A DNA stretch of 64,000 bases from NCBI GenBank assembly GCA_001949185.1, contig BDGG01000007.1, positions 747,802-811,801 of the forward strand, read 5' to 3'. Position numbers and translations under genes: made by a program. Numbering within the stretch: the first letter of the stretch is position 1; each line of letters begins with the position of its first letter. Origin of the DNA: Ramazzottius varieornatus (lineage: Eukaryota > Animalia > Tardigrada). Shown piece after piece: positions 1-12,493 of this stretch. The notes under the pieces were generated by a model. The model was not told the origin of the DNA. It ran no database searches and worked only from the letters and a program-made list of their open reading frames with translations.

Positions 1-1454
1 AATCCGTTCGTTTTAGCACACGACACGAAGCGAGATAAGATTCTTCCTGACAAAATACAGTATTTAATTTAGATACAAAATCGGCCACGTGGTATCGGGT
101 GAATTACAGTCTACACCCGTGACCAATCAAATACCGTACCTTCGTCATCAATAAATGTATCAACGTGCCACCAGTACAACAAACGACAGTCACGTGACAT
201 TTGATCACTAATTTTATGGATGGTGATCCTTTATTAAATCAAATTTCTCAAATTTCGCTCTTTCTCTTCCACTCACAATCGAGATGTTTCTTTTTGGGTC
301 CGATAGGTTCTTCCGTCGTCGCTTTACAAACAGCTTTGGCCAGCATATGGCCTGCCAGACCAAACCTTGCTGCGTTGATCCGATCCGCAATGGTCTGACC
401 TCCCGCATTCATATTCATTTTCAGTCGTCAAAATAATCCTCTTCCTGATAATAAGAAGCTATCTGCTCCCTCCGCCTTTCAGCTCCCTTCCCCGTACGGA
501 TTATCCCCACATGCAACAATACGATGGACCGCTAACAGGTTCTACCACCAGATAGTTTTGTAAACAACCAAGGGCTATGGAACATCAACTGTTAAGCGAT
601 GCAGAAGCGAGAAGAACATCCACTTGGTAAAGAAGAAAACATCAGTAGAAACGAAGAAGACATTTTCGTCCGTGAGTCACACCACGACGCGAACAGTGAT
701 TCCACGCAACCGTGATGCGAGTGGAGTCACAGTGTGTCGCGTAGTGGTCAATCAGGCGTACGTCGTACAATGACGCAACCCGATGTTCAACAACAGGCGG
801 CACCATTTTCTGGATTAATAAGCGCGCAACAGGCGCCACCTACGAAGGACCCAAAGCATCTGACGGTTTGCATCGTAGATGCCGCCAGCCAAAAAGGTAG
901 TGCCATGATCCGTCACTAGGAGAAGCACCCCCTGTAAACTGACCTCCAAAGCCTACGGTCCACCAATACCGTTTAACCTGAGGGTCCAAACTGGTTTTTT
1001 AGGGATCAGCTGTGTTGGGGTGGGGGTGCACTCCGCCCAAAATCATGGCACGAACCTCGTTGGCAGGCGGCATCTATGGTTTACATAATTTTCGCGACGG
1101 CTTCGAACATCTGACAGTTTGAAGAATTCCACAGTCTGTCTATATCTGCACAAACTCGGAGGGAAGACAAAGGCAATATTTCCATGCTTTGTTTCTTTCC
1201 GAACATCGACCGGAACGCTTTCTCGGACATGTGAGTTTCCCGCAAACATGAATGGTGATGCGAGACTTAGGCAGGTTGTAAACAAGACTGCGAAAAAGTT
1301 GCAGCATTAAACCAGTTTTTCCTCACCCTGGGAAAACCTTTGAACGTTATTGGCTTGCTTCACTTCCTTCTCGGTTTCTATTACCCTCTATGCCTGATGA
1401 GACCCAATGTCTAACAGTTGTCTCACACTGCGTTAATCGACGCCTGTTTCATAC

Positions 1455-1460
1455 TATAAA
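1455..1460 (+). promoter_or_regulatory. Candidate TATA box for the GIN-domain gene
   Basis: TATAAA about 150 bp upstream of ATG 1611; AATAAA poly(A)-type signals at 2471 and 2491 downstream of the stop. Confidence 0.4.
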
Positions 1461-1610
1461 GTGTGAAAGTTTGGTTTTCTAACGCACGTTTCTGTCAAAT
1501 TGACAGATTTCACACTTGCGACTATTGTTCTAGTTTCTCATTGTATCTGTCGACACCTGACCAATTCTCGACACCGAAGACGGTGTCCGTGGAAAAAAAA
1601 GACTCGTCCT

Positions 1611-2336
1611 ATGAAGATGGCACACGTTTGCTCCTTATTATTTGTGGCCTACTTGCTCTGCTTTCTATCCCTGGCACGGGTACAAGCAAATATTACGGAG
1701 ACTCGGCAAGGTTCTGGATACACGGGGGTTGAGTCTGCAGGACCTTTCATCGTCTCAATCGATCAAAATGGATCGGAAGGACTTCGCATCGAGGCCGCCC
1801 TGGACGATCACAACGTTACGAATTCCATCGAAACCTTCGTTGAGAAACAAGCCTTGAAGATTCGATTTATGTGGCCGTATTCTGAAGACGACGGACGATT
1901 CGCTGGACTTATCCGTATTATCGTTTCTGCGAAATCAGTCAACAGTTTCGTCCTGGCTGGTGCTGGATCCATGACAATCAATCAACCCGTAAGAGCCTCC
2001 TCGATCAACGTAGTCAACAGCGGTAGTGGGCCTGTTGTTCTGACTGTGGAGCAAGCTTCCGACTTCAACGCAGCTCTAAGCGGAACCGGAACTATCAAGG
2101 TGGGCGGTAGTACGCAGAATGCCAATATTGTTGTCAGTGGCGCAGGTGGAATCAACGGTGATGCACTTCAAGCCGACAGCGTTAGTGTGTCGATGTTCGG
2201 CGCAGGTGGCGTCGTGATCAACGCCCAACGAATGCTTTCAGTCCTGATGATGGGATCCGGGAGGGTGAACTACAGAGGCAATCCCATGACCAATATCATG
2301 CGCATGGGCACTGGATCCATCAACCAGATCCCTTAA
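1611..2336 (+). CDS. Secreted GIN-domain (DUF2807, putative autotransporter adhesin head)-like protein, intronless, bacterial-type
   Basis: ATG at 1611 gives signal peptide MKMAHVCSLLFVAYLLCFLSLARVQA, then a TETR..GYTGVESAGPFIVSIDQ start and stacked G-rich repeats (LAGAGSM, NSGSGPV, LSGTGTI, VSGAGGI, MFGAGGV, MMGSGRVNYRGNP, MGTGSI) typical of DUF2807. The upstream part of the called ORF (1500-1610) is probably not coding. Confidence 0.85.
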   Translation: MKMAHVCSLLFVAYLLCFLSLARVQANITETRQGSGYTGVESAGPFIVSIDQNGSEGLRIEAALDDHNVTNSIETFVEKQALKIRFMWPYSEDDGRFAGLIRIIVSAKSVNSFVLAGAGSMTINQPVRASSINVVNSGSGPVVLTVEQASDFNAALSGTGTIKVGGSTQNANIVVSGAGGINGDALQADSVSVSMFGAGGVVINAQRMLSVLMMGSGRVNYRGNPMTNIMRMGTGSINQIP

Positions 2337-2660
2337 TGTTTTCTGCGTACCATTGTTCCCAGTTCTAGTTTCAATTGAACCTGTCACATTGTTTGCTAAG
2401 TTAAGGAGCGCACTGTGAAACACTAAAATAAGATATCTGCGTCCTATTCTTGGGTCTGTTCCGGCAAAGAAATAAAATTTACTGATTCACAATAAATCAC
2501 AAAATGAGAAGTTCCTGGTACATGAAACAGCTAGAACCTAGAATATACTGCGAACTGCTTTACTGTTTTTTCTAGTGAAGAAATAGTTCTAGTCTGAGAC
2601 GGCGAGGGTTCGGTGGTGGCGGAGGTTGAGAAACCAGGACACACACAACGACGTGGCCCG

Positions 2661-5600
2661 CTATTGTTCCAAACAGAGTTCATCCACGTTCAGAAGCCAC
2701 CAGTTCAAGTCTTCCACATGTTTTCGATGAAGAAATGTCCTGGACAGGAAGACTATGGTTCGATGAGTACTAGTGCAAATTCGGGTAGGAAAGGTCTTAC
2801 CAGGCAGCCGCAGTCAGAGTAACGATGATAAATGCGACCGTGCTAAGCGCTGCTATCAGATGATTATGATCTAAGAAACGCAGATAAGCTCTGTTTCATC
2901 TACCGATGGGTGGTACTTTTAGCCTCCTGGCAACCCATCCAACATTTTTTATGGATTCTTTTACGGCCATAGTTCTTAGTTCGCGAGGCGGGTGAACTTA
3001 GCCGTTTTAGAAAGTTAAGATCAGCTCTTGATCATCCCCCTACGTGGGAAAATCAACTGAAAGGATCTCTGATCCTCAGTATGTACGATCCTCCACACAG
3101 TTGTACGCGTGAACGCGCGCGCCGTCCCGAGTAGTAAGCACACGGCAGACCGGCCAATCAACGGTCAGCTATCAGTCAGTCGAGCATGAATGTGCAGTAT
3201 CACACACGGATGGCCCAGCGTGTCANNNNNNNNNNNNNNNNNNNNNNNNNNNNNNNNNNNNNNNNNNNNNNNNNNATTGATTACCTGATTATTACCCATG
3301 GCGCAAATCTGTTCGACTGATTGACAGCTGACCGTTGATTGACCGGTCTGCCGCGTGCTCACTACCCGGGACGGATTCGAGCGTACGACTGTGTGGAGGA
3401 TCGTACATACTGAGAATCAGAGATTCAATCAGTTGATCTCCCCCCTAGCGGGATGATGAAAAGCTGACCTTGACTTTCTAAAACGGCCAAGTTGACCCGC
3501 CTTGCGAACTAAGAACTATGGCAGTAAAAGAATCATAAAAAATATTGTATGGGTTGGCCAGGAGGCTAAAAGTACCACCCATCGGTAGATGAAACCAGGG
3601 CCGACGCGCCAGATATCGAATGCAGTGTTATTTTAATCATTATAATAGAAAATCGATTCTAATAATTAAAATCGTTATAATTGTGCGGGTTGGTGTTTGC
3701 GTGATTGATTGATTCATAATAGGAGACCGAATTTTAATTTTAATAATTGAAATTCGTTTGCGATAATTGATTTTACTTGCAGTCAGCTGATCACGCAGAC
3801 TTAACATTAGCACGTGACTTTTAATAATTTTAATTGCATAGTAAGATAACACTGATCGGATGGATCAAACTTCTGCTTATGGGACGTCATGGTGTCGAAA
3901 CATAAAGATACTTTGATTTGATTGTTGGGATGCGTTGTCACCACGATACTACACATCCACCATTAATCACAGCAGTAATTAGAAATCTATACAACGGTGC
4001 AAACTAGTTTATACAAGGTCTGAGGGCTGCTTGTGTTTACACTGATATTGGTTCAACAAACAAAGGCATTGGCCAACAAAGGCAAGACACAGCACTGCGA
4101 ATTATGCAGACTTTGATGTGTATCTAATGCTCACGTTCAGTCAACGCATGAATTCTAGCCGTGCCAAAATATCAAAGGAGAGGTGAGAATAACAATGCCA
4201 GGGCCATTTGTATGTAGTTGATGAACAGAAATGGGCAACCCACCAACGAACAACCGGTGCATATTAATAACCATCGAACGAAAATGTTTGACGTGATGAT
4301 ACGGACGTAAGCTTCTTCTAGCATACGTCGACTGGTCAGTATCCGGAACCAGCTTTGGGATTCTGAAAATAACTTTCTGACGAAATTGTTGTGGCACCAG
4401 TACAGTTTTGTGGCTCCCTGTGATTCATCAATCAAATATTTTTATGTTTCGACACCATGATCGTCCCATAAGCAAAAGTTCGATCCATTCGATATAGGGT
4501 GCGTCGGCCCTGGATGAAACAGAGCTTAGAAATGAAACGGTTTTGTGGAAGTTATCGGTCACGTTCGGGTGCACTTCGAGTAGCTTTGGCTTTTACCACT
4601 TGGATTTCTACATTTTTCCATGAATCCATCGAACCCGCAGAACGGCGTGTCCGATGGGAGAGTATCTGAGCTGAACCAGGAAAACGTCATAGTCTGATCA
4701 AGCTTCAGAGTGAGTCCCGGTAGTTCGAAAAGAACCTTCGGAATGAGAATGTGCATTTATTTGTGCTATGGGTATCAGTTGTAAGTTCCGGGTTGCGTCT
4801 AACCTCCCGTTCCTCCATGTCTGGTTGCCTCAAGCGCGTAACTATTAGGTCTAAAGTTCGTCTTCCCAGTGCGTCAATGTTGACAGTCCCAGACGGAACA
4901 TCGAATGTTCGGTTCAGGAATAGTGGTACTAACTTTCGGCCTCCAATTGGTAAGGGGCGTGTACCGTTTTGCGTTGATTCCCGAATTATCTGTTGTAAGA
5001 TAAAAGAGTATAATCTAGTCCTTCCGTAGTCCATGTCGAGCGGAACTGGCGCTCTTCATAGAAATCAAGCGGACGAGTACAGTCCGATCGCTCGAGATGC
5101 GTGAAATCTTCGGGTTGCAATTTAAGGCCTGCCAAACATTCTCCGTACATGCAGTGAAAGCATGCCAAGCTGAAGGCCAAAATTACACAACACATGCATT
5201 CACACCGTGCTTTGACTGGTGTAATCAACTAATCCAGCCGGAAGTCTCCGGTTGGTTGGGCATGGCGGGTAGTATAGTTAACTTCGACCAATTATCGTGC
5301 TTAGAAAACCGGAAAATCTTATACACATTTTGAGCGACCGGCCTATAGTCTTTTGCCTACCTGATCTACGATAAAGACTACGTCGTAAGCTGTCATTGGT
5401 ACCTGAACACTCTGGAAAATGGTCAACAACTGCACTTAGAAGTCAAAGAACGAACGAGGCTCGTACTATTTCTTTCACTAAGACGGGCTTCGATATGCCC
5501 ATCCGTTGTCTGCTTCGTTGAGCTACTTCAACTCCACGCTGCAGAGCGGACGCTGGGGGAGGCTTTGGCTCGAGGATAAGAAGGGACTTGAACGCAGTCA

Positions 5601-7245
5601 TAGCTACCTAGAGCAGGATCGTACCATCTTCGGAATTTTAGATCTTACCACTTAATCATCAAATACTTTCGAATTCTCAATTTAATATTGCGCGATACTA
5701 CGCAATATCCGTATTTTGAAATAAACGAACAACTCCACTTTTACCGTATCGTCGGACAAGTTGTAGTTCCAGCTCAGATAACCGTATACCGAAGTATCTC
5801 GTATCGGTTCCAGAGTGAAGTACACGTACTGACCATCGGTCATGTTCAAGGCAGAAGCTCTACAAAGAAATCATGTTGTCGAACTTTGACAAGCAGGATT
5901 TGGAATTGTATTAATCATCCTTTGATCATGTAAAATAGGCGACTGCCGTCCATTCCGAGCTTGCATCGCTTGACAGATTAAGGCACCCGTGCGGGCCAAT
6001 GGCTTCGTTTCGAGCTGTTTGAGACGAGAGCTGGACTCTGCACATGTCAGGCCTATCCTATGTTCTTTCCCGTAAACATAATTATCCGCTTCATCGGAAA
6101 CGACCCCGGTTAAAGTAGCCTCGAGAAAATCTTGACGAGAAAAACAGCAAGCTGAAATTCCAGGCGGTAAACGTGACCATGTATGTAGACGACACGAAGG
6201 TTTACTTTTACCTGATCAGTAGCTGCCGCAGGTCCGAGTTGATTCCGAAATACAAAAGAACTGCAGGAAAACAATTTGTCATTGTAGCTTACGAAAACCG
6301 CAGACCGAAGTGCACAATACCAGGGAAGGCCAGAACGGCTTACCGCGGCTCGATGAGTTGAACAACCGAAGGACCTCATCATGGTTTGGTTTCTCGGGCG
6401 TGATCTCGTTCACGTAGAGCTGGATCCACGGATTCTGCCTCATGTACTTGACAAACAAGACGGAGCAAAGTCTGTAGCGAGGAACCACCGCTTGCAGTCC
6501 GATCAAGACAAATATCTTGCTCCAGCCGTATTTCGCAAACAGAGATCTGTACAGCTCCGGATAGTTTGCGCAACCGAAATAAGTAGTGATCCAGGTTGAG
6601 CCGCGTTGTCTGTCAGCCAAAGTGGGAGCACCTTCTCCTGAACTATCAATACAAATTTCGAATGCAGCCATAAGCTTGTCCATGGATTTCAGTAGTGTTG
6701 TGTATTCGCTGCAGTTGTGTACCTGGTTGTAAATAGGATGTCCCAGTGACTTGCTAGATTCTCGACAAATGGAGCTTCATTGCAGTCTGCAAGTTACGAA
6801 ACGGTAAAAGACCAGGGACATTCTTTTTTTCGGAAATCTCCATACGTGGAACCAAGCTTGCACTGTCTCTGCCCCATGACAAAATATGAGGGCACTTACT
6901 CGGCCACACGAATATATTTGTGCTTGAACCATTGGAAGTAGCCTGCGTGTAATACCAGCGAGCCAAGAGGTACTGACTATCGTCGGCTACACTAGAGCAG
7001 TCGCCGGCACGGTCATCAGGCTGGAATATGTTGGTGTGGGTGTATCGAATTGAAGAGCGGTTATTCTGTTCTCGAAGATCATCCATCGCACAATCAAGAA
7101 ACGGTTCCACGACTGCACGAATAGGATTGCGCGAAGTGTTGGCGAAGCGTAGTGAGACGATGTTTACATCGATGTATGCGTTGACACAACGAATCATGAC
7201 AGATAACGAAAGCATCGCGCTAAAACACCTACGTTCAGAATTCAT
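2661..7245 (-). CDS. Multi-exon ANF-receptor/rGC-ectodomain single-pass receptor lacking kinase-homology and cyclase domains (subfamily A, copy 1)
   Basis: ATG 7245 signal peptide then YIDVNIVSLRFAN. Spliced exons read NCNEAPFVENLASHWDILF, LFAKYGWSKI, AFKSLLIL, AYDVVFI, FLNRTFDVPSGTVNIDALGRR, LPSDTPFCGFDG. TM exon 2871-2801 (LIAALSTVAFIIVTLTAAAW); last exon TFLHRKHVEDLNWWLLNVDELCLEQ* ends at 2661. GT-AG junctions were in phase where checked. Confidence 0.75.
3226..3275. other. Assembly gap (50 N)
   Basis: Run of N at the centre of a foldback element. Confidence 1.
3596..4512. mobile_element. hAT-like non-autonomous element
   Basis: TIRs CAGGGCCGACGC / GCGTCGGCCCTG, extended subterminal inverted repeat (3863-3920 vs 4430-4490), perfect 8-bp TSD GATGAAAC (3588-3595, 4513-4520). 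Confidence 0.9.
3623..3854. mobile_element. AT-rich hAT-like MITE nested in the left TIR of the previous element
   Basis: TIRs CAGTGTTATTTTA / TAAGATAACACTG (12/13 match); 8-bp TSD ATCGAATG / ATCGGATG (1 mismatch). Confidence 0.85.
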
Positions 7246-8849
7246 CTTCCATCTCCTTTCATGGAAATGTATGCTGAAGAAAGCGCGGCTTGGCTTTGGC
7301 AAAAACTCTCTAGCAAAACTACGCTGCCATTGTGTAGATTTCTGTTGCACGAGCTCACTTAGCGAAAGGACGTGCAATTTTTTGCCGCAGCGATGTGTCA
7401 CAAGTGACGGTATATTTCCTGTTACATTCGTGGAGGATGCCGGATTAAACTTCGAGTACAGGGATAATCTCCGAAGTGCGATCGATCTGACAACCATCTA
7501 CGGCGCAACAGGAAAGAAGACGCGATAATCAGCTATACTTTATGGGTTGGAGTTCGACGGAAATCCTGTTATTATTGCCGGAGACGGGCCGCATCGCCTT
7601 ACGTCACAGCCTTCGCTGCCACTAACCACAGGGCAGTCGTCGGACCGCCTCCTAGCAAGAAGGCTGTCCTTCACGGCACTATATGAACGGTTATCTGGGC
7701 TGGCATCGACTGCTTCTTTCGTCATTCGCGCTGTTATCCATTGCTGCGTATTCTGAGTTTCCCAGTGTTGCTCCGACAAGAGTTTGCCGACTTCAATTTG
7801 CAATTACGGTTGAACGGAATACCTCGCGTAGCAGTACTTTGTATTGCTGGGACCTCACCCTGACCTCACCCTTATCAATCACGACTAATTGAAATGCGGC
7901 TTTTGACAGCACATGAAATTTTTGCGGCAGATTTTTGTAACTTTAATATCCGTAAAATTGGCAGTTGTCATCCGTCACCGATCCGTATATCCGTGAACGT
8001 TTGAAATTACTCTCTGGTATTTCACGCAGAATGTACCACTTCAAAAACACGATTATAGCAAGACACGGCGAGTGCTGGCCGCGCGTACTAAGGCGTCATG
8101 TAGCTCCTTCACAGAGCATCACGTGCACACTGTAATATTGCACAGCCATGCGACATGCACCAGCGCACAACCAGTCGCTCAATCAAGCAGTACAACATCA
8201 TCATAAATGTGTACGTGTCGGGCGGAATATTCCTGAAAGTCTGCAAACACACCACCACACTTCTGAGTCATACGCTAACTGGACGCCACTCCATCGATCA
8301 ACATCGACCGTTGAGGTAAGCCTATTATCCATAACTAATGGCAAGATCAGCCACATATTTCGACGGAAACCTTCGCTTCTCGAAACTCAAAGTTTACTCA
8401 ACGATCAAGCAAACGTTTGGTATACTTAAACTATGGTTTAACTCTCGTTTGGATATATTCCGCTGTTTGCATGTAATAGTATATGGTACTAGTACGGTCT
8501 ACTGGGGAAGAAAACGAGTGTGAGAAAGTCTGCCGGCAGCTTGAATTACACCCAGCGAGGTCCCCATGCGCCGGTGCGCCACCTGGAAGACCGCGAGGTC
8601 CAGGTGCCACCAGCCAGGTTCTTCTAATTGGCGCCAGCGGAAGAACAACCTGTAAGAGGCGATATGAGGCTCCAGTTCACAGTGCGAGCCTCTGTGAGAC
8701 AGATAGGCAGTGCGCAAACTGCGCAGTATGGAACGGGCATCGAGACAAACCAGTTTGTCTCGACCAAACATAATAGTATTGATGGTTCATCTGCGAGAGA
8801 GGCTGCTGATTGGTTACACCGTGGCTGCTTTTTCCCATCAATGCGCGTC

Positions 8850-11750
8850 CTATAAGACGTCATCTGGCCACGCCTTGCTGAAAAGCTTTGCCTAGTGCCC
8901 ATATACATTGTATCCATGACACGGAGATACTCACCACACAGCGGTGATCGAAGTCAGGAGCAGGACTGCCGTAGAAGTACAAATTAATGTGACTGAGCCT
9001 GCAAAAGTCGACGAGGTTAGGCAGGTTTCGTACACGCACGACGAGATATTACGGGCCAGTAAAAAATTACGGGCCAGGCCTATTCGCTACGGCGGCACGG
9101 GCAGGTGACTCTTGCTCCAAGTAAAAAACACGTGGAAGGCTGGACTGCTGTACGTGCGTGCTGGATATTGGGCCGAAGAGCTAAAGCTTGTCATATTAAT
9201 GTTATAGCAGTCAGATCTTCATTATACCTTCAACAGTTCAAACTATTCCAAGGCTTCTCTGGTCTCCAGGGGAGAGTCCACAGCAGCATAGAAACGTTAG
9301 AGTAAAACAGCTGATCAGCTGATGGCCACTGTCCATGACAATTTTCTACGGTTGCATTTTACTTCGTTACGTCATTTGTGCGTTTTCTGTTTCTGACTTC
9401 CATACAAATTGTAAATTTGCTGTCTTTTTTCCCCTGGTCCGTAACTTTTACTGACCCGTAATATCTCGTCGTGCGTGTACTTATAAGACAGTAAAAATTA
9501 TGGGACAGGCGAAAAAGACGGTAGAATGGAAATTCAACCGTAGCAAAGTGTTGAAAAGTACATTAGTGTAAATCGGTTGTGGACGCACGTGCTTCCGTAC
9601 CGCCTTAGCGAGAAGGCCTGTGCCATAATTTTTACTGTTCCATAATTACCCATCATGCGTGGGCTTGATGTACAGAATTCACGAAGTAACGCTTTGCCTT
9701 ACTTTTCACTTGTCTACAAATGCCAGATATTCCATCGAACCCACAAAGCGGTGTGTCGGGAGGCAAGGTTTCAGACCCGTACCAAGAGAAGTTTCTTGTT
9801 TGGTGGAGGCGTAAGCTAAACCCAGGCTGTACAAAAAGCACCTGAAAAGCAGATGAAGTGGTAAGATTGACTCGATGTACAGTTTTCGGCAGACAAAGGA
9901 CGCCCTGTACAGTGCATACTCACTTCGCGCTCTTCCATGTTCGGTGAACGAAAACGAGTTACCACAAGGTCCAGTATTCGCCGACCCAATGGGTCAATGT
10001 TGACTGTTCCCGATGGAACATCGAAAGTTCGATTGAGAAACATCGGAACTAATCGGCGTCCTCCCTTTGCGAGCAGCAGGGTGCCGTTCTCTGTGGAGTT
10101 CCGTACGACCTACATTTTCGATAAGTTCATACAAATCGGTACAATTCTTAGAATTTTAGATCAAAAAATTACGCGCACGTACCTCATCGACGATGAACAA
10201 GGCATCGTACGCCGTCATAGGCACTTGGACATTCTGCAACGGGCGAGAAGTGATCAAGATGGCGAAGGACTAGGTTTAGAGGTGGAGCGTTTACTATTTC
10301 TTGTAGCAGAACAGGTTTCAATATCCCCATCCGTCGCCGGCTTCTCTCGACAACCCTTATACTGCGCTGAGAGGCCAAAGCTGAAGAAGCCTGTGGCTCT
10401 AGAATGAGCAGAGATCGAAAGGCTGTTCTGGCCATCTACAACCAAACGAACACACGCAGCCAAATTTGGCCGATAAAATTTTTTCCATTAAGGATAAAGA
10501 CGCGTCGAGCTCAGTGATTGATCATAAGTTCTTTGTTGTTTATTTTGTCATTTGTTGATGATAAGCTCATACCGTATCTTCAGCCAAGCTGTAGTTCCAA
10601 TTGAGGTACCCGTAAACTGAAGTATCTCGTATCGGCTCCATAGCGATGTACACACACCCGCCATTGGTCAGGTTAAGGACTGCCGCTCTGTGTTCAGATC
10701 AAAATTAGTAGGCTGGGAACACTCCTCCTCAATATGTATGACGTTCAGAAACAGGCACCCAGCTTCACTATAATAATTGATCTGTACCTGACCATTAAAC
10801 GACGTAAGTCTTGGTTCAATCCAAAAAACACAAGAACTGTAATTATACGAAATTTTATGCGGCTGTTGTCACACCCTGTATCCGCTGTAACATGAAGAAC
10901 TTACCGCGGCTTGATGAGTTAAATGATTCGAGAACTGTATCGTAGTTCACTTCCGGGTTTTGAATATCGTTGACGTAGAGCTGGATACGTGGAATCTGTT
11001 TCATGTGCCGGATAAACAGCAGTGCGCAGCCCCTGTAGCGTTGGAGCGACGCACTCGAACCAATCAACACGAATATTTTCCTCCATCCATATTTGGCAAA
11101 CACCGATCCGTAGAGTTCGGGGTAGTTTGCGCACCCGTAGTGAGTGGTAATCCAGGTTGATCCTCTCTTCCTGTCAGCAAGAGTCGGAGCACCTTCCCCA
11201 GAACTAAAATTACAGAAATTGCCTGTGCACGGAGAACATGAAGGTAAACACCAAAATCGAAAGTACGGACCTTGTTACGAAAAGTATGTCCCACTGTGTC
11301 GCCAAATTTTCGACAAAGGGAGCTTCTAGGCAATCTACAAAAACATTCGGGATGAGCTATCAGCTTTGCCAAAGTATATTAGGCCGAAAGCAATCGGTGC
11401 TTACTTGGCCAAAGGAAAATGTCTGTTGCCGTGCTCCTCGACATTCCGCGAGTGTAGTACCACCGAGAAATCAAATACTGGCTGTCGTCCGCAACGCTGG
11501 CGCAATCACCTGCCCTGTCGTTGGGCTGGAAGATGTTGGTGTGAGAGTACCGAATCAGCGACTGGTTGTTCCGCTCTCGCAAATAATCCATGGCACAGTC
11601 GAGCAAAGGCTCCACAATTGTCCGAATTGGATTACTCGAGGTATTGGCGAACCGAAGTGATACGATGTTTACTTCAATCAGGCGACTGTTGCAGACGGAA
11701 AAGGCGATGCGGATCGAAAGGGTAACAATATAAAACCTCATGAGCACCAT
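8850..11750 (-). CDS. Cyclase-less ANF-receptor-like single-pass receptor (subfamily A, copy 2)
   Basis: Paralog of 2661-7245 with the same exon layout: IEVNIVSLRFAN, CLEAPFVENLATQWDILF, FAKYGWRKI, AFRSLLIL, FLNRTFDVPSGTVNIDPLGRR, LPPDTPLCGFDG. TM exon about 8998-8935 (SVTLICTSTAVLLLTSITAV). The last exon is uncertain (CKAWPDDVL* at 8850, or a longer frame ending at 8624). Confidence 0.7.
9033..9477. mobile_element. MITE, TA TSD, CACGCAC-terminus family (intronic)
   Basis: About 45-bp TIRs CACGCACGACGAGATATTACGGG(C/T)CAGTAAAAA.TTACGG.CCAGG flanked by GTAC. A degenerate relative follows at about 9488-9640. Confidence 0.85.
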
Positions 11751-12081
11751 CTTTTCATCATTAAACTCAGGTCGACAGTTTTCTATCGGTTGACGTTTTC
11801 GATCAGTTTTCTTTCAATACCAAAATCCCCGGCTAACGTCACAAATTTCAGAAATGACTACACCTAAAAGGGAACAGATGCACATAATTCCTGAGACGGA
11901 TCCTATGCCCGCGAGCACGATGAAGCTTGTTGATTGGAGGGTAACCCGAAAGACGCGATAATCATTTCGTACAACTACTGATCGGGTACCGGGATATCAG
12001 GACCAGGATAGGCTCACAAGGGGTAGACGAGGTAGCGCGTCTCGGAATTCACATTGCCACAGCCCGTGTCCGTACCATCAC

Positions 12082-12493
12082 CAGAGTCCATATATCCTGC
12101 ATAGTCCCACAGCTGTGTAACACGGTAATATCGAATCAGTGGAAAGACGGTCTTAGGTCTGACTGGAGTATGCGGGAACACACGGACAAGGGGGATACCA
12201 GATTACGATAAAGACGATTCAGTAATCGTCCAAAGTCTGATACAATGCCTGTGTCAGTTTACTCATGCCAAGTGGTGTAGGCATGTGCTTGTCGCGTTTC
12301 ATTGTACCGGTAAGTTACCAGTTGTCACGCACCGCCGTACAACACTAGCGGAGACGCGCTCGCATCTGAACCAGTAAAACTCTCGCGTTTTCGTGTTGCG
12401 GCAAAGCCTTGCCAAAGTTTCCCATAAAGCTGATTCCATTTTAGCCGTTCGAGCAATCAATACTGCGGGACTATGCAGGATATATGGACTCTG
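12082..12493. mobile_element. MITE with about 27-bp TIR and 7-bp TSD (P-element-like signature)
   Basis: CAGAGTCCATATATCCTGCATAGTCCC / GGGACTATGCAGGATATATGGACTCTG; flanks CCATCAC / CCATTAC. Confidence 0.8.

Larger units (their letters stand above)
2887..4526. mobile_element. Foldback MITE with TA TSD (outer element of a nested trio), inside an intron of the receptor gene
   Basis: Long inverted arms (AGCTCTGTTTCATCTACCGATGGGTGGTACTTTTAGCC... and its reverse complement) around the N gap; right terminus split by a later insertion; TA at 2885-2886 and 4527-4528. Confidence 0.85.
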
